From Mobula hypostoma (lineage: Eukaryota), in assembly GCF_963921235.1 (NCBI RefSeq), contig NC_086108.1, positions 33,916,001-33,980,000 of the forward strand: a stretch of 64,000 nt of DNA, read 5' to 3'. A model generated the notes under the pieces. It was not told the origin of the DNA. It did no database searches and worked only from the letters and a program-made list of their open reading frames with translations. This document shows positions 49,186 through 61,045 of this stretch, piece after piece. Position 1 is the first letter of the stretch. Every line of letters begins with the position of its first letter. The translations under genes and the position numbers were made by a program.

Positions 49186-49578
49186 TTCCCACCACTGTCT
49201 GTATGGGGTTTGTTCGTTCTCCCCATGTCTGCATGGGTTTCCTCCAGGTGCTCTGGTTTCCACCCACAGCCCAAAGATGAAGAGGCTGGTAGGTTAACTG
49301 GTCATTGTAAATTGTTCTGTGATTAGGCTAGGGTTAAATCAGGAATTGGAATCCCTTACTCACTCTTCCTTCAGTTAGTCCTGACGAAGGGTCTCGGCCT
49401 GAAACGTCGACTGCGCTTTTTCCTATAGATGCTGCCTGGCCTGCTGCGTTCACCAGCAACTTTGATGTGTGTTGCTTAAATCAGGAATTGCTGGGTGGCA
49501 CGCCTCGAAGGGCCGGAAGGGCCTAGTGCGAGCTGTATCTCAATTAATAAATAAATATATACACACACATACATAGAC
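49186..49578 (+). mobile_element. 5'-truncated V-SINE, interrupted by a Penelope mini-insertion
   Basis: V domain GTTCTCCCCATGTCTGCATGGGTTTCCTCCAGGTGCTC; AATAAATAAA tail. Confidence 0.82.
49377..49412 (+). ncRNA. Minimal type I hammerhead ribozyme motif inside a 127-bp insertion (49349-49475)
   Basis: AGTC-CTGACGA-AGG GTCTCGG CCT-GAAA-CGTC-GACT; 15-bp TSD TTAAATCAGGAATTG (49334-48, 49476-90). Confidence 0.82.
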
Positions 49579-51479
49579 ATTGTTGAGGGCGAGGACCAGT
49601 TCTGTCAGACAGAGGAGGGTGGTGGAGGAGAGGAAAATGCATATGTATTTCCATTTAGATGTGCACCACAATGCATATTGGGCAAGGACAAAGAAGCATC
49701 CTTTACTGAATCCCAGTGATCCTTCTGAATTTATAGAAAAGGAATCTAACAGTTTGACATTCTGTTTGTTATACAGACACATAAACCTGGAATCCACACA
49801 GACTTAAAGATTTATTGTACTCTTTAAAATAGTGAAATATATTGATGTAGTACATAGAATAGGTTATTTAAGTAAACAGGGTTAATTACTATCACAGAAC
49901 AGCATGAGTTAATCCTGTAGAGCACAGAAAAAGTAATCCCTCGATTTGTGGACATTCAGTTTCTGTGTTTTTGCTACAATGTCATTGACTCTTTAGGATA
50001 TGTATTTTTGACTTGCAAAGCTATTTATCACTGTTACGAATACTGTGCTACACTCCACACAAATTACCTTGACCCAAAGTTTTAATAATGCAATTGGCCC
50101 AGCCTTTTCAATTTTCAGGATTTCACTAATAGAAACAATTTTCAAAAATATATTCACTTTATAAATTGAGAAATAGCTACACCATAAGATATTTCTTTTG
50201 ACATACTGTACACTGTGAAAATTCAATGCTACTACATTGCTGTTTCTGTTGTTAAGATCATTGTAATTTGACTCAAAGTCACTGAAATTTCCTGGAACTT
50301 GCCTCCTAACTTTTGTGCATTAGGGTGGAATTTTCTATAGTCTGTTTCAAAAGTGAATCTGCCCCTCAATAGCTAGTGATAAATAAATAAGGTCCTCTTA
50401 TTGTCAACCACCAAGACTTCCTTCCATATTCTATTGATTTACGAGAGAGCTTATCCAGGATAATCAAATGAAGAAACATTCTGAACTCAGTGAACAACTG
50501 TTTTGATCTTCCAGCTCTTTAACACATTATAATGTGTTAACATATGATAACATATTTCAATTCAGTTAGTTGCACATCTTTTATCTACCAATTTAAACAC
50601 TTGGGACACAGGGGCTTCGACATAAAACAAGCAATCTCCAAGTGATTTTGTTCTGATGATATTGCAAATATCAAATTGAAAAGTGTTAGTTTTTTCATCA
50701 GTTTCATAGTTGTTTTACCATCAACAGTATTGTCAATAAACTTTAATTAGGACGTCATGTTCTCAGCTATATGCATTGCTCACTTTACTAAAACCCTCAA
50801 TGGTATGATTCAGGCAATGCTGTTCTTTATTATAAACCATTTAATTAAAGGTTATGCAGTATTTTAATAGGAATCCAATGGAAGTTCTGTTTAGCATATC
50901 AGAATGCTTAGTTAAACAATATTCTTGAGTGCTGTCTCTCTACACCTTTGCAGTTAACCCTTTATCTCTATTGCAATATATTAAATGAAAATAACATCTG
51001 AGTTAATGATATGTATGCTCCATTAATAGATGTTGAAGTGAGCAGTCACTGAATTGAATCAACAAACCAGTTATGGGAAATAGCACTACAAGGTGTTCCT
51101 TATAATCACTACATGTCATTTACAGCACCTTTTCATGACTTAATTGCACAGGCTACGCAAAGTTAAATTCCAGTGTAGCTGGTTGTAAATATTGATTTTT
51201 CATCACTAACATTAGAGTATATTTGTTTGTACTTACCTCCTAACATTTAGTTCCATTGATGTCTGACAAAGACTGGGTTACAATTTGACTGTTTCTCCTT
51301 CCACAGATGCTGCCGAAGCAGCCAAGTTTATCTGATACTTTCTGATTTTGAATCTGCAAGTTAATGTGTGTCAGTCATTGTGCGCTATGACCAAAGCTGA
51401 ATTTCTCCTTTTGTTTTCAGATGTGCAGCACTAGTCTCTGCTAACTGTAAGATTAATCTCTAATTTCATATGCAGTTTT

Positions 51480-51665
51480 ATTTTTTTTATCCTTACATCA
51501 TCACTAGATCACATTATCTTGTTGCCACAGTGCTGCTTGTGAGGATTTGGTGTGGGCAAATGGCAAATGCATTGCCTATACTCATTAATTCAGAAAATTA
51601 GTTGTGAAATGCTCTGGAATGCCCTTGGCTGATCATAGATGCTACCAATGACTTGTTCCTTCTTT
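51480..51665 (+). mobile_element. Deu-type SINE 3' relic
   Basis: TGCTGCTTGTGAGGATTTGGTGTGGGCAAATGG...GTTGTGAAATGCTCTGGAATG; recognised from memory, highly degenerate. Confidence 0.45.
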
Positions 51666-52059
51666 GTGTTTTGTTATGCCACATTAAAATGCCTGTGAAA
51701 TGAATGTAACCTTCAATGTTCTTCTCTGTCATCTGACGACAGTGATCCAAAACTCTCCTGAAGCTTGAACTGCTAAAGGTGATGCTGTCTTATGAGATTA
51801 AAATGAACTGATGTAATTAGAAAATGGAAGGCTTGTTTGCTATGTGCCAATGGCCCACTCTACCTGCAGACATAAAGATTCTGAGCTGACAACTGGTAAG
51901 AGGTGTAGAAATGAGCTGTCATTAACTAATTGCAGTATAAATCACAGCCATCTGGACAAAGTCTTGATGAAGACATGCCCTGATTATTTCCTTGTCCAGA
52001 TACTGTATATACACACACTTAACAAAATAAAATCTTTCAAAAATGGTGGACAACATGGG

Positions 52060-53190
52060 TTGGAAGTGAATAGGAAGATGAAAGATATTAGCATTGGTTT
52101 AAAAAAGAAAAAGTGTATGGGACAGAAGTCCAATAAATCACCAGAATCTGATGACCAGAATCACAATGAAGATGTGGTTATTGAGATAACAGCAACCATA
52201 TACTAGCTTGAGATTCATCTTCTTGCAAACATTTACTGAAATGAATGTCACCTTTCAAAACTGCACAAATTTTAGATTGGAAGATAGTAAATGTTCCTAC
52301 CTTGCATATGAGAAGCAGGCAAGAGAAAATAAGGAACTGTATACCCGTTAGCTGATATCGATGGGAGTGAAAGTGCTGTTATTAAGGAAGTGGTAACACT
52401 AACACAATTGGGCAGGTCAACTTGAATTTATGAATGGGAAGTCATGTTTGACAAATCTTTTCTGCCAGACATAACAGAACTGTAACTAACAGAATAAGTA
52501 AAGGTGAACCACTTGATATGATGTCTTTGTCCTTTCAGAAGGCCATTGAGAAAAGTCCTTCAAGCATTTGGAATTGGAAGTATTATCCTCATATGGACTG
52601 AGGATTGGTTAACAGACAGAAAGCAGATAAAGTTGTAAAAGTTATTATTTGGTTGGGAGGTTTTGCACATTGGTTGCTTGTCAGTCTTTATGTATAGTTT
52701 TTCATATTCTATTGTTTTTCTTTTTCTCAGTAAATATCTGCAAGAAAATGAATCTCAAAGTAGTACATGACAACATACTGTATAAGCACATTGATAATAA
52801 ATTTTACTTTGAACTTTGAGGTGAGATAATTAAAGTATAGAATATCATAAGAGAATTGGATAAAGTAAATAAGAAGGCCACTGTTTCCCTATGCAAAAGG
52901 ATTGAGAAACCACAGTTCATAAAACAATTGATTGAAGGATTAGACAGGAGCTGAGCAAAAGTATTTTCATTCAGTGGTTGGTTAGGGACTGGAGCTTACT
53001 ACCTGAAGAAGTAGTGAAGGTAAAAATCTTGATCATATTTAAACAAAAATGCATGGACCATATGTTTGATGAACTTTGATCTGCTGGGGTCTAGATCAAG
53101 TGCTGCAAGGCAAAATGAGCCAATGTTGATCCTTTCCAACTGGCATGGAGACAAAAAGCTGGAAAAATCTCCTTGAGGGTTGTGTATTTC
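52060..53190 (+). mobile_element. Old CR1 RT/3' fragments with interspersed Rex tails
   Basis: AATAAATCACCAGAATCTGATG, GGGAAGTCATGTTTGACAAATC; Rex tail ending TTTGAACTTTGA ~52820. Confidence 0.65.
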
Positions 53191-53591
53191 TATTACTTCG
53201 TAACTTAAATGAGACTTTTATGTATCAAGTTGACAGGAAATTTCTCTTAGTTGGAGCATTGATAAGTATACTTCTACACTATTTATCTTGCTCGACACTG
53301 GTCATAGCATGTTATTTCTAATGTCCTTGCACTTGAGTCGGGAAGGTGGAGAGGAGTGGGGAAAATAGCTCTACAAGAATACTTGCTGTAACTTGAGCCA
53401 TATATACATGCATGTTAGAAAATGTTTGTAAGGTGTGTTCAACTTCAACTTTTATTGTGAAACAGTCGTTAATAGAGAGTTCAGGTGATCCCTTTTGATT
53501 CAGAAAATAGTTTGAAAATGAAATTCATTATTATATAGAGTAGATGACATAAACAATGCACCTGCATTAAAGCAGATCTTGTGATACTAAA

Positions 53592-54235
53592 TGATAGATA
53601 GATAGATAGATAGATATACTTTATTAATCCCAAGGGAAATTTGGTTTCATTACAGCCGCACCAAGAATAGAGCGTAAATATAGCAATACAAAAAAACCCA
53701 ACAATCAGACACCAAAATGCAAACTATGCCAGATGGAAAATAAGTCCAGGACCATTTTATTGGCTCAGGGTGTCTGACCCTCCATGGGAGGAGCTGCACG
53801 TTCGATGGCCACAGGCAGTAACGACCTCCCGTGCCGCCAAGTGTTGTATCACGGTGGAATGTGGCCGAAGTCCAACAGTAGAAAGTTCAATATCCAGTCT
53901 GCAAACACGTTCCTCTATCATAATATACCCTGGATTGCACCATCCGTTGTTAACCAGATCAGTAATCAGTACGCTTACCGTTCTCAGTGCACTTCCGGTC
54001 AGCCGGAATGGTGTTACCCACCGAACTCCTCTTCTCCAGAAGTCTCTGTTGTCTTGACCCGGTCCTCTTTCCTTGGCTTTGTGATCCCCCTCTGCGTGTT
54101 TTCCTGGGGCAGTATAGTGTGTCTCATGACTAATCCCGACAAAAACATGGCCTGAGATCATATAAGGTAATTGGACTGTTTCGGTACAGTATATTGTGTG
54201 CGAAATCCAAGTAAATCTCGAATTGAAGAGACTGT
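53592..54235 (-). mobile_element. Internally deleted Rex1/Babar-like LINE with (TATC)n tail
   Basis: (GATA)n at 53593-53617; EN remnant LVNNGWCNPGYIMIEERVCRLDIEL..GLRPH within ~250 bp of the tail. Confidence 0.65.
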
Positions 54236-54237
54236 GG

Positions 54238-57012
54238 AAGAAGCTGTGGGCTCACAAATAGAGAAAGCTTGGAGACAGTGTGTGAGGGAGGATAGGCAGG
54301 TGATAGAGAAGGGACGTGCTCAGTCAGACGGTTTGAGATATGTCTATTTTAACACAAGGAGTGTTGTGAACAAAGCGGATGAGATTAGAGCGCAGATCAG
54401 TACTAGGAGCTATGATGTGGTGATCATTACAGAAACTTGGATGGCTCAGGGACAGGAATGATTACTTCAAGTGCCGGGTTTTAGATGTTTCAGAAAGGAC
54501 AGGAAGGGAGGTAAAAGAGGTGAGGGTGTGGCACTGTTGATCAGAGATAGTGTCACGGCTGCAGAAAAGGTGAACGCCATGGAGGGGTTGTCTACAGAGT
54601 CTCTGTGGGTGGAGATTAGGAACAGAAAGGGGTCACTAACTTTACTGGGTGTTTTTTATAGGCCGCCCAATAGTAACAGGGATATCCAGGAGCAGATAGG
54701 GAAACAGATCCCGGAAAGGTGTAATAATAACAGAGTGGTCGTGATGGGTGATTTTAATTTCCCAAATATTCATTGGCATATCCCTAGTGCATGGGGTTTA
54801 GATGGGGTGGAGTTTGTTAGGTGTGTTCAGGAAGGTTTCTTGACACAATAAGTAGATAAGCCTACTAGAGGAGAGACTGAACTTGATTTGGTATTGGGAA
54901 ATGAACCTGGTCAGGTGTCAGATCTCTCAGTGGGAAAGCATTTTGGAGATAGTGATCATAATTCTATCTCTTTTACAATAGCATTGGAAAAAGATAGGAA
55001 CAGACAAGTTAGAAAAGTGCTTAACTGGAGTAAAGGGAAATATGAGGCTATCAGGCAGCAAATTGGAAGCTTAAATTTGGAACAGATGTTCTCAGGGAAA
55101 GGTACGGAAGAAATGTGGCAAATGTTCAGGGGATACTTGTGTGGAGTTCTGCATGGATACATTCCAATGAGACAGGGAAGTTATGGTAGGGTGCATGAAC
55201 CGTGGTGTACAAAGGCTGTAGTAAATCTAATCAAGAAGAAAAGAAAAGCTTACAAAAGGTTCCAAGAGCTAGGTAATGTTAGAGATCTAGAAGATTATAA
55301 GGCTAACAGGAAGGGGCTTAAGAAGGAAATTAGGAGAGCCAGAAGGGGTCATGAGAAGGCCTTGGTGGACAGGATTAAGGAAAACCCCAAGGCATTCCAC
55401 GAGTATGTGAAGAGGATAAGATGTGAAAGAATAGGACCTATCAAGTGTGACAGTGGGAAAGCTTGTATGGAACTGGAGGAAGTAGCAGAGGTACTTAAAT
55501 GAATACTTTACTTTAGTATTCACTATGGAAAAATATCTTGATGATTGTAGTGATGACTTGCAACAGACTGAAAAGCTTGAACATGCAGATATTAAGAAAG
55601 AGGATGTGTTGGAGCTTTTGAAAAGCATCAAGTTGAATAAGTCACCGGGACCGGATGGGATGTACCCCAGACTACTGTGGGAGGCAAGGGAGGAGATTGC
55701 TGTGCCTTTGCCGATGATCTTTGCATTATCAATGGGGACGGGACAGGTTTGGAGGGTTGCGGATGTTGTTCCTTTATTGAAGAAAGGGAGTAGAGATAGC
55801 CCAGGAAATTATAGGTCAGTGAATCTTATTTCAGTGGTTGGTACTTTGATGGAGAAGATCCTGAGAGGCAGGATTTATGAACATTTGGAGAGATATAATA
55901 TGATTAGGAATAGTCAGCATGGCTTTGTCAAGGTCAGGTCTTGCCTTACGAGCCTGATTGAATTTTTTGAGGATGTGACTAAACACATTGATGAAGGAAG
56001 AGTAGTAACTGTAGTGTATATGGATTTCAGCAAGGCATTTGATAAGGTACCCCATGCAAGGCTTATTGAGAAAGTAAGGAGGCATGGGATCCAAGGGCAC
56101 ATTGCTTTGTGGATCCAGAACTGGCTTGCCCAGAGAAGGCAAAGAGTGGTTGTAGTGCCAGAAGCTATCGTGGGACATTGATAGGATGCAAAACTGGGCT
56201 GAGAAGTGGTAGATGGAGTTCAAGCCACATAAGTATGAAGTGGTTCATTTTGGTATGTCAAATATGATGGCAGAATATAGTATTACTGTTAAGACTCTTG
56301 GCAGTGTGGAGGATCAGAGGGATGTTGGGGTCTGAGTCCATAGGATGCACAAAGCAGCTGCGCAGGTTGACTCTGTGGTTAAGAAGGCATTCGGTGTATT
56401 GGCCTTCATCAATCATGGAATTGAATTTAGGAGCCAAGAGGTAATGTTGCAGCTATATAGGACCCTGGTCAGACCCCACTTGGAGTACTGTGCTCAGTTC
56501 TGGTCGCCTCACTGCAGGAAGGATGTAGAAACCATAGAAAGGGTGCAGAGGAGATTTACAAGGATGTTGTCTGGATTAGGGGGCATGCCTTATGAAGACA
56601 GGTTGAGTGAACTCGGCCTTTTATCCTTGAAGCGACAGAGGATGAGAGGTGACCTGATAGAGGTGTAGAAGAGTATAAAATGTATAAGAGAGGAATTGAT
56701 CGTGTGGATAGTCAGAGGCTTATTCCCAGGGCTGAAATGGCTGCCACAAGAGGGCACAGGTACTTGGGAGTAGGTACAGAGGAGATGTCAGGGGTAAGTT
56801 TTTTACACAGAGAGTGGTGAGTGTGTGGAATGGGCTGCCGGCAACGGTGGTGGAAGTGGATACAGTAGGGTCTTTTAAGAGACTTTTGGATAGGTACATG
56901 GAGCTTAGAAAAATAGAGGGCTATGGGTAACCCTAGTAATTTCTAAGGGAGGGACATGTTCAGCACAACTTAGTGAGCCGAAAGGCCTGTATTGTGCAGT
57001 AGGTTTTCTATT
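54238..57012 (+). mobile_element. CR1 LINE, nearly complete degenerate ORF2 (EN-RT), internal deletion near 56155
   Basis: YFNTRSVVNK, IITETW, FRKDRKGGKRGEGVALL, YRPPNS, GDFN, SDHN, QHGF, DFSKAFDKVPH; TTCTAT tail. Confidence 0.93.
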
Positions 57013-57057
57013 TTTTTAAATCTATGAATAAGTCCTCAATTTCAGGATGGTATACAC

Positions 57058-58070
57058 TGAAAGAAAATGATACTTTGCTTTTCCATGAGTGCTTTTCACA
57101 ATATCCACGAGCTCTTTAAAGTCAATAAAGCACTTTTGAAGTGTAGCCACTGCAGAAAACCAGGTAGCAAGCTCCACAGGCAACAACCTGGTAATAACCA
57201 AATAATACACACAAAACACAAAATGCTGGAGGAACTCGGTATGTCTGGCTGCATCTATGGAGAGGCATAAACAGTTGACGTTTCTGGCTGTGACTCTTTA
57301 TCAGGATTGTAAAGGGTGAAGCCAAAATAAGGTGGTGGGGGGAGGGAAAGGAGTTCAAGCAGGAGAGAGGTGAAAGCAGGTGAGGTGAAAAGGTAGGTGG
57401 GTGGGGGAGGAGGGGTTGTAGTGATAAGCTGGGAAAGGATGGGTGAAAAGGGTATAGGGCTAAAAATGAAGGCATCTGATAGGAAAGGAGAGTGAATCAT
57501 GGGAGAAAGGGAAGGAGGAAGGACAACACAGTGAGGTGATAGGCAAGTGAGGAGAAGAGAAGTGGAAAAGGGGAGCCAGAATGGGGAATAGAAAAAGAGA
57601 GAATTGGGAGAGGGTAGAAATGACCAGAAGTTAGAGAAATAGATGTTCATGCCATCAAATTGGAAGCTTCGCAGAGAGATTATGTGGTGTTGCTCCTCCA
57701 GCCTGAGAGGGGCTCAGTGTGTCAGTAGATGAGACCATAAACAGCCATGTCAGAATGGGGATGGGGAGTGGAATTAAAATGGCTGGCCACTGGGAAATCC
57801 TCCCAGGTGAGGTCGGAATGAAGTTACTTGAGAAAGTGGTCCCCCAATCTATGTCAGGTCTCACCGAAGTAGAAGAAGCCGCACCAGGAATACCAGATAC
57901 AGAAGATGACCCCAATAGGCTTGCAGGACCGGATAATCTGCTTTAGACTTTTAATTGAAGGAAAAAAATAGTACCAAAATACCAGGAAAAACTTTCCCAC
58001 CCCTGCTCATTGCATCTGATATACCTACCCAAAAGAGCAGATGGTACATTAAACAAACGGACACCGAAGG
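57058..58070 (-). mobile_element. Deu-type SINE relic split by a Penelope fragment (57206-57930)
   Basis: CACTTTTGAAGTGTAGCCACTG...AATAACCAAATAAT | ATAATCTGCTTTAG...AGAGCAGATGG; ATAAT at both junctions. Confidence 0.5.
57206..57930 (-). mobile_element. Penelope 3' fragment (GIY-YIG end + pLTR)
   Basis: Homologous to 47716-48350; degenerate hammerhead at ~57272-57309. Confidence 0.82.
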
Positions 58071-58949
58071 ATCGGGGCTTCATAGAAACTGAAGAAAGAA
58101 ATTTGAGATATTAGAATAAATAGAAATAGAATATTAAAAAAAGAACACATGCAGGGGAGAAAGAGCTGAAGGAAAGTGATTCATTGGAAACTTATAAAAT
58201 GATTCTGATGTCCTTACTTTAGGTGAGTAGGATAGCTACTAGAATTATGAAACGAGCACTACTTCTCTGAATTGCTTCATTACTGTAATATGGCTGATGC
58301 CAGCAATGTTTGTGTGAATTTTATTTTTCTTTAAACTGACTAATCTATGCATTTGGAATTCATTTCATGTGTAAAGGTTAAAACCTATACCACTGTGGCC
58401 TCTTTATCTGCACGTAGTATAATTCCACATCTGTGCACCATTAGCCAAACAAAGTACACATTAAATAGGAACATTTCAATGAACTCTCAAGAAAATTATT
58501 TTAAAAATAGTTAAGAGTACACAAGTGAACTTCAACTACGATGTTGTGCTTTCCAGTAAACAACATGGGTCAAGTCAAGTACTTCAGTTAAAACATTCCA
58601 CCCTCCTCCAGTTTATGGCCATGTTTCCATTTGGAAGTTAACTGGAAAAGCTTTCAAAATTTATATAATTATTGTTGTCAGACCTCTATATACTATACGA
58701 GGAGGTCAGACTTTTAGTTCAGTAAAGTAATGTAATTTTGCATTGTTCTGCTTGTGAGTTTTCCCAATATTAATATTAATGTGGTTTCTAAAGGTACAAA
58801 TTGGCACAGCTTGAAATTAAGCTTTCTGAATGTTAAGAATTTAACCTTTCCCCTAGTCATACTTTATCAAGCAATTAAACACTAAAATTTCAAGGAAAAA
58901 AATTCCAAGTCATTTTTTAAAAAATACTCTAAACAAAGATTATGTCCTA

Positions 58950-59170
58950 TTCACCAACTTTCACTCTCATCTGGTTTCATTTATCACCTGCCAACTTGCA
59001 CTCCTTCCCTTCCTCCCACCACCTTATTCTAACTCCTTTCCTGATGAAGGGTCTCAGCCTGAAACATCAACTGTTTATTCCTCTCCATAGACGCTGCCTG
59101 ACTTGCCGAGTCCCTTCAGCATTTTATGAGTGTTGCTCTGGATTTCCAGCATCTGCAGAGTCTCTTGTCT
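58950..59170 (+). mobile_element. Penelope pLTR fragment with degenerate hammerhead
   Basis: CTGATGAAGGGTCTCAGCCTGAAACATCAACTG. Confidence 0.75.
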
Positions 59171-59396
59171 ATTTATAACAAATTAAGTATGTTTGAACTG
59201 AAATCTCTATTGTAAAGAGGAAAATGCAGTTAATTGGATCTAAACAGACTGCATTTTACTTACATAAAAATGAAGTTATTATAAAAATTATTACTGAATA
59301 GCCAAAATGCCTTTCAGCCATGGAGGCTACTACCATTACAGCTTTTCTTTTAATTTTAGGAACCAGATGATTTTTAAGGATGCTGTATGAAAAATA

Positions 59397-59648
59397 TACA
59401 CGCTGTGGCCACATTATTAGGTACACCCTGTCTTTTGCTGCTGCAGACCATCCACTTCAAGGTAGAGAGATGTTGTGCATTCAGAGATGCTCTTCTGCAC
59501 ACAACTGTTGTAACGTACCATTACAGTATTTGAGTTACTGTCACCTTCCTGTCAGCTTGAAGCATTCTGGCCATTCACTACTCTCCTCTCTCATTAACAA
59601 GCCAATCACTGGATGTTTCCTGTTTTTCATACCATTTTCTGTAAACTG
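59397..59648 (+). mobile_element. Tc1-like MITE fragment
   Basis: TACACGCTGTGGCCACATTATTAGGTACACC TIR-like start after TA; no partner TIR seen. Confidence 0.55.
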
Positions 59649-59734
59649 ACTTACAGCTCAATGTCTTTTCATTGAGCCATAATTGCTATTAAGAAAAACT
59701 AATTTAAATACTTCTTGCATTTTATATTCCTCAT

Positions 59735-60062
59735 GATATAGAAGTGGGCCATCAAGTCCATGCCAGCTGCCTGAGCAGCTATATCAGTTCCACCTCTCCC
59801 ATTCATTATTTCCTTGTAACCTCTTCTTCCTCGTAAGCTGATCAGTTTATTGCTATCTTCCCATCTCCACGGCCTTTCTCCTGCCACTATACACACTGGG
59901 GACAACATAGACTAGCTAAAAGTACACCTTTGTGATGTGGGACAAAACCAGAGCACCCAGGGGAGCACAGAGAGAACCTGCAAATTCCATTCAGAGAGCT
60001 TCCAAGGTTCGAATTGAACCTGCTTCAGTGGAGCTGTGTGGCAGCAGCATAAGCCTCTCTTC
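59735..60062 (-). mobile_element. V-SINE with CR1-like tail
   Basis: Reverse complement of head and V domain (GTGGGACAAAACCAGAGCACCCAGGGG...CCTGCAAATTCCA...TTGAACC). Confidence 0.65.
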
Positions 60063-60499
60063 CACTTTTTCAAATAAAAGAACATGTAATGTTTTGCATG
60101 TTTCATTAAATTTATACAAACAAGATACAAGCTATTGATTCTCAAGAACAATGAAGGAAGTTAGATGAACTAATATGAGTATTGGTTATTCAACAAATGG
60201 AGCTTGAACTGAGGTTTATCAGAGAGCTGTAAGATAGCAGATAACCATGACTGAGCAGCACAAGATTGTTCAGAGCAGTGCTGCATGCTTAAGCAGGATT
60301 GTATGTTACATAAACTATTCCTGATCCAATATTGTTTTACCAGGTATTCAGATCTTACTTAAGCCGCATGTAGACAAGTTCTTGCTCAAAGTTAGAACTG
60401 AAAACAGAGCAAATTCAAGGGCAAGCATTTCAATAATAACAGAATTCATTGGCTAGTTTGCAAAGACAAAACAATGAAACAATCATTGTCTTTTGGAAA

Positions 60500-60792
60500 C
60501 GTATGATGAGTTATACAGCTCTTATTCACATGCAGTTCAACTCTTTGAGTGAAAATGCAGAAAGTTTGAAGTTAATGACTCATTTCCTTCTACCTTAGGC
60601 CACGAACTTATCAATCACCCCTGCTGTGGACCACTTTCTGAAGGTCCAAGATGCCGACTTCTACAAAGAAGGGATCCGTATGCTCCACGACCGCTGGACT
60701 AAGTGTGTAAATGTAGGAAAAATAAATGTGCTAGGTTTTCTAAAATTGACTCCTTCTACCTTAGGCCACAAACTTATCAATCACCCCTCATA
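60500..60792 (+). mobile_element. Mariner-derived non-autonomous element
   Basis: Transposase C-terminus DHFLKVQDADFYKEGIRMLHDRWTKCVNVG; right TIR TCCTTCTACCTTAGGCCACAAACTTATCAATCACCCCTCA followed by TA; second TIR copy at 60585-60622. Confidence 0.8.
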
Positions 60793-61045
60793 TTTCTCTC
60801 CATGTACCTGTAATTTATTTGTGATCACATGAGTAAGTTCGTCAAGCTCAAGGTGACAATAGCTATCCTTGCCAATGAAGTCAGTTCACAAGTGTGCTCA
60901 TCATCATAAGCCAATTTGCATGCTATGAATATTCTTTTCTTATTGATCCACACATAAAATATGTATGATAGGAAAATACAACTTAATATCTTAACAATGC
61001 CATGCAACCTTTTTAATTAGATTATGACCACTTCTAGTTGGCTGT

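Noticed and set aside
51400..51455. Possible 26-nt micro-exon (TTTTGTTTTCAG...CT/GTAAGA)
   Set aside because: Splice-like signals occur by chance in AT-rich DNA next to SINE relics; no supporting evidence
53593..53617. (GATA)n microsatellite as an independent feature
   Set aside because: It is the tail of the adjacent minus-strand LINE derivative
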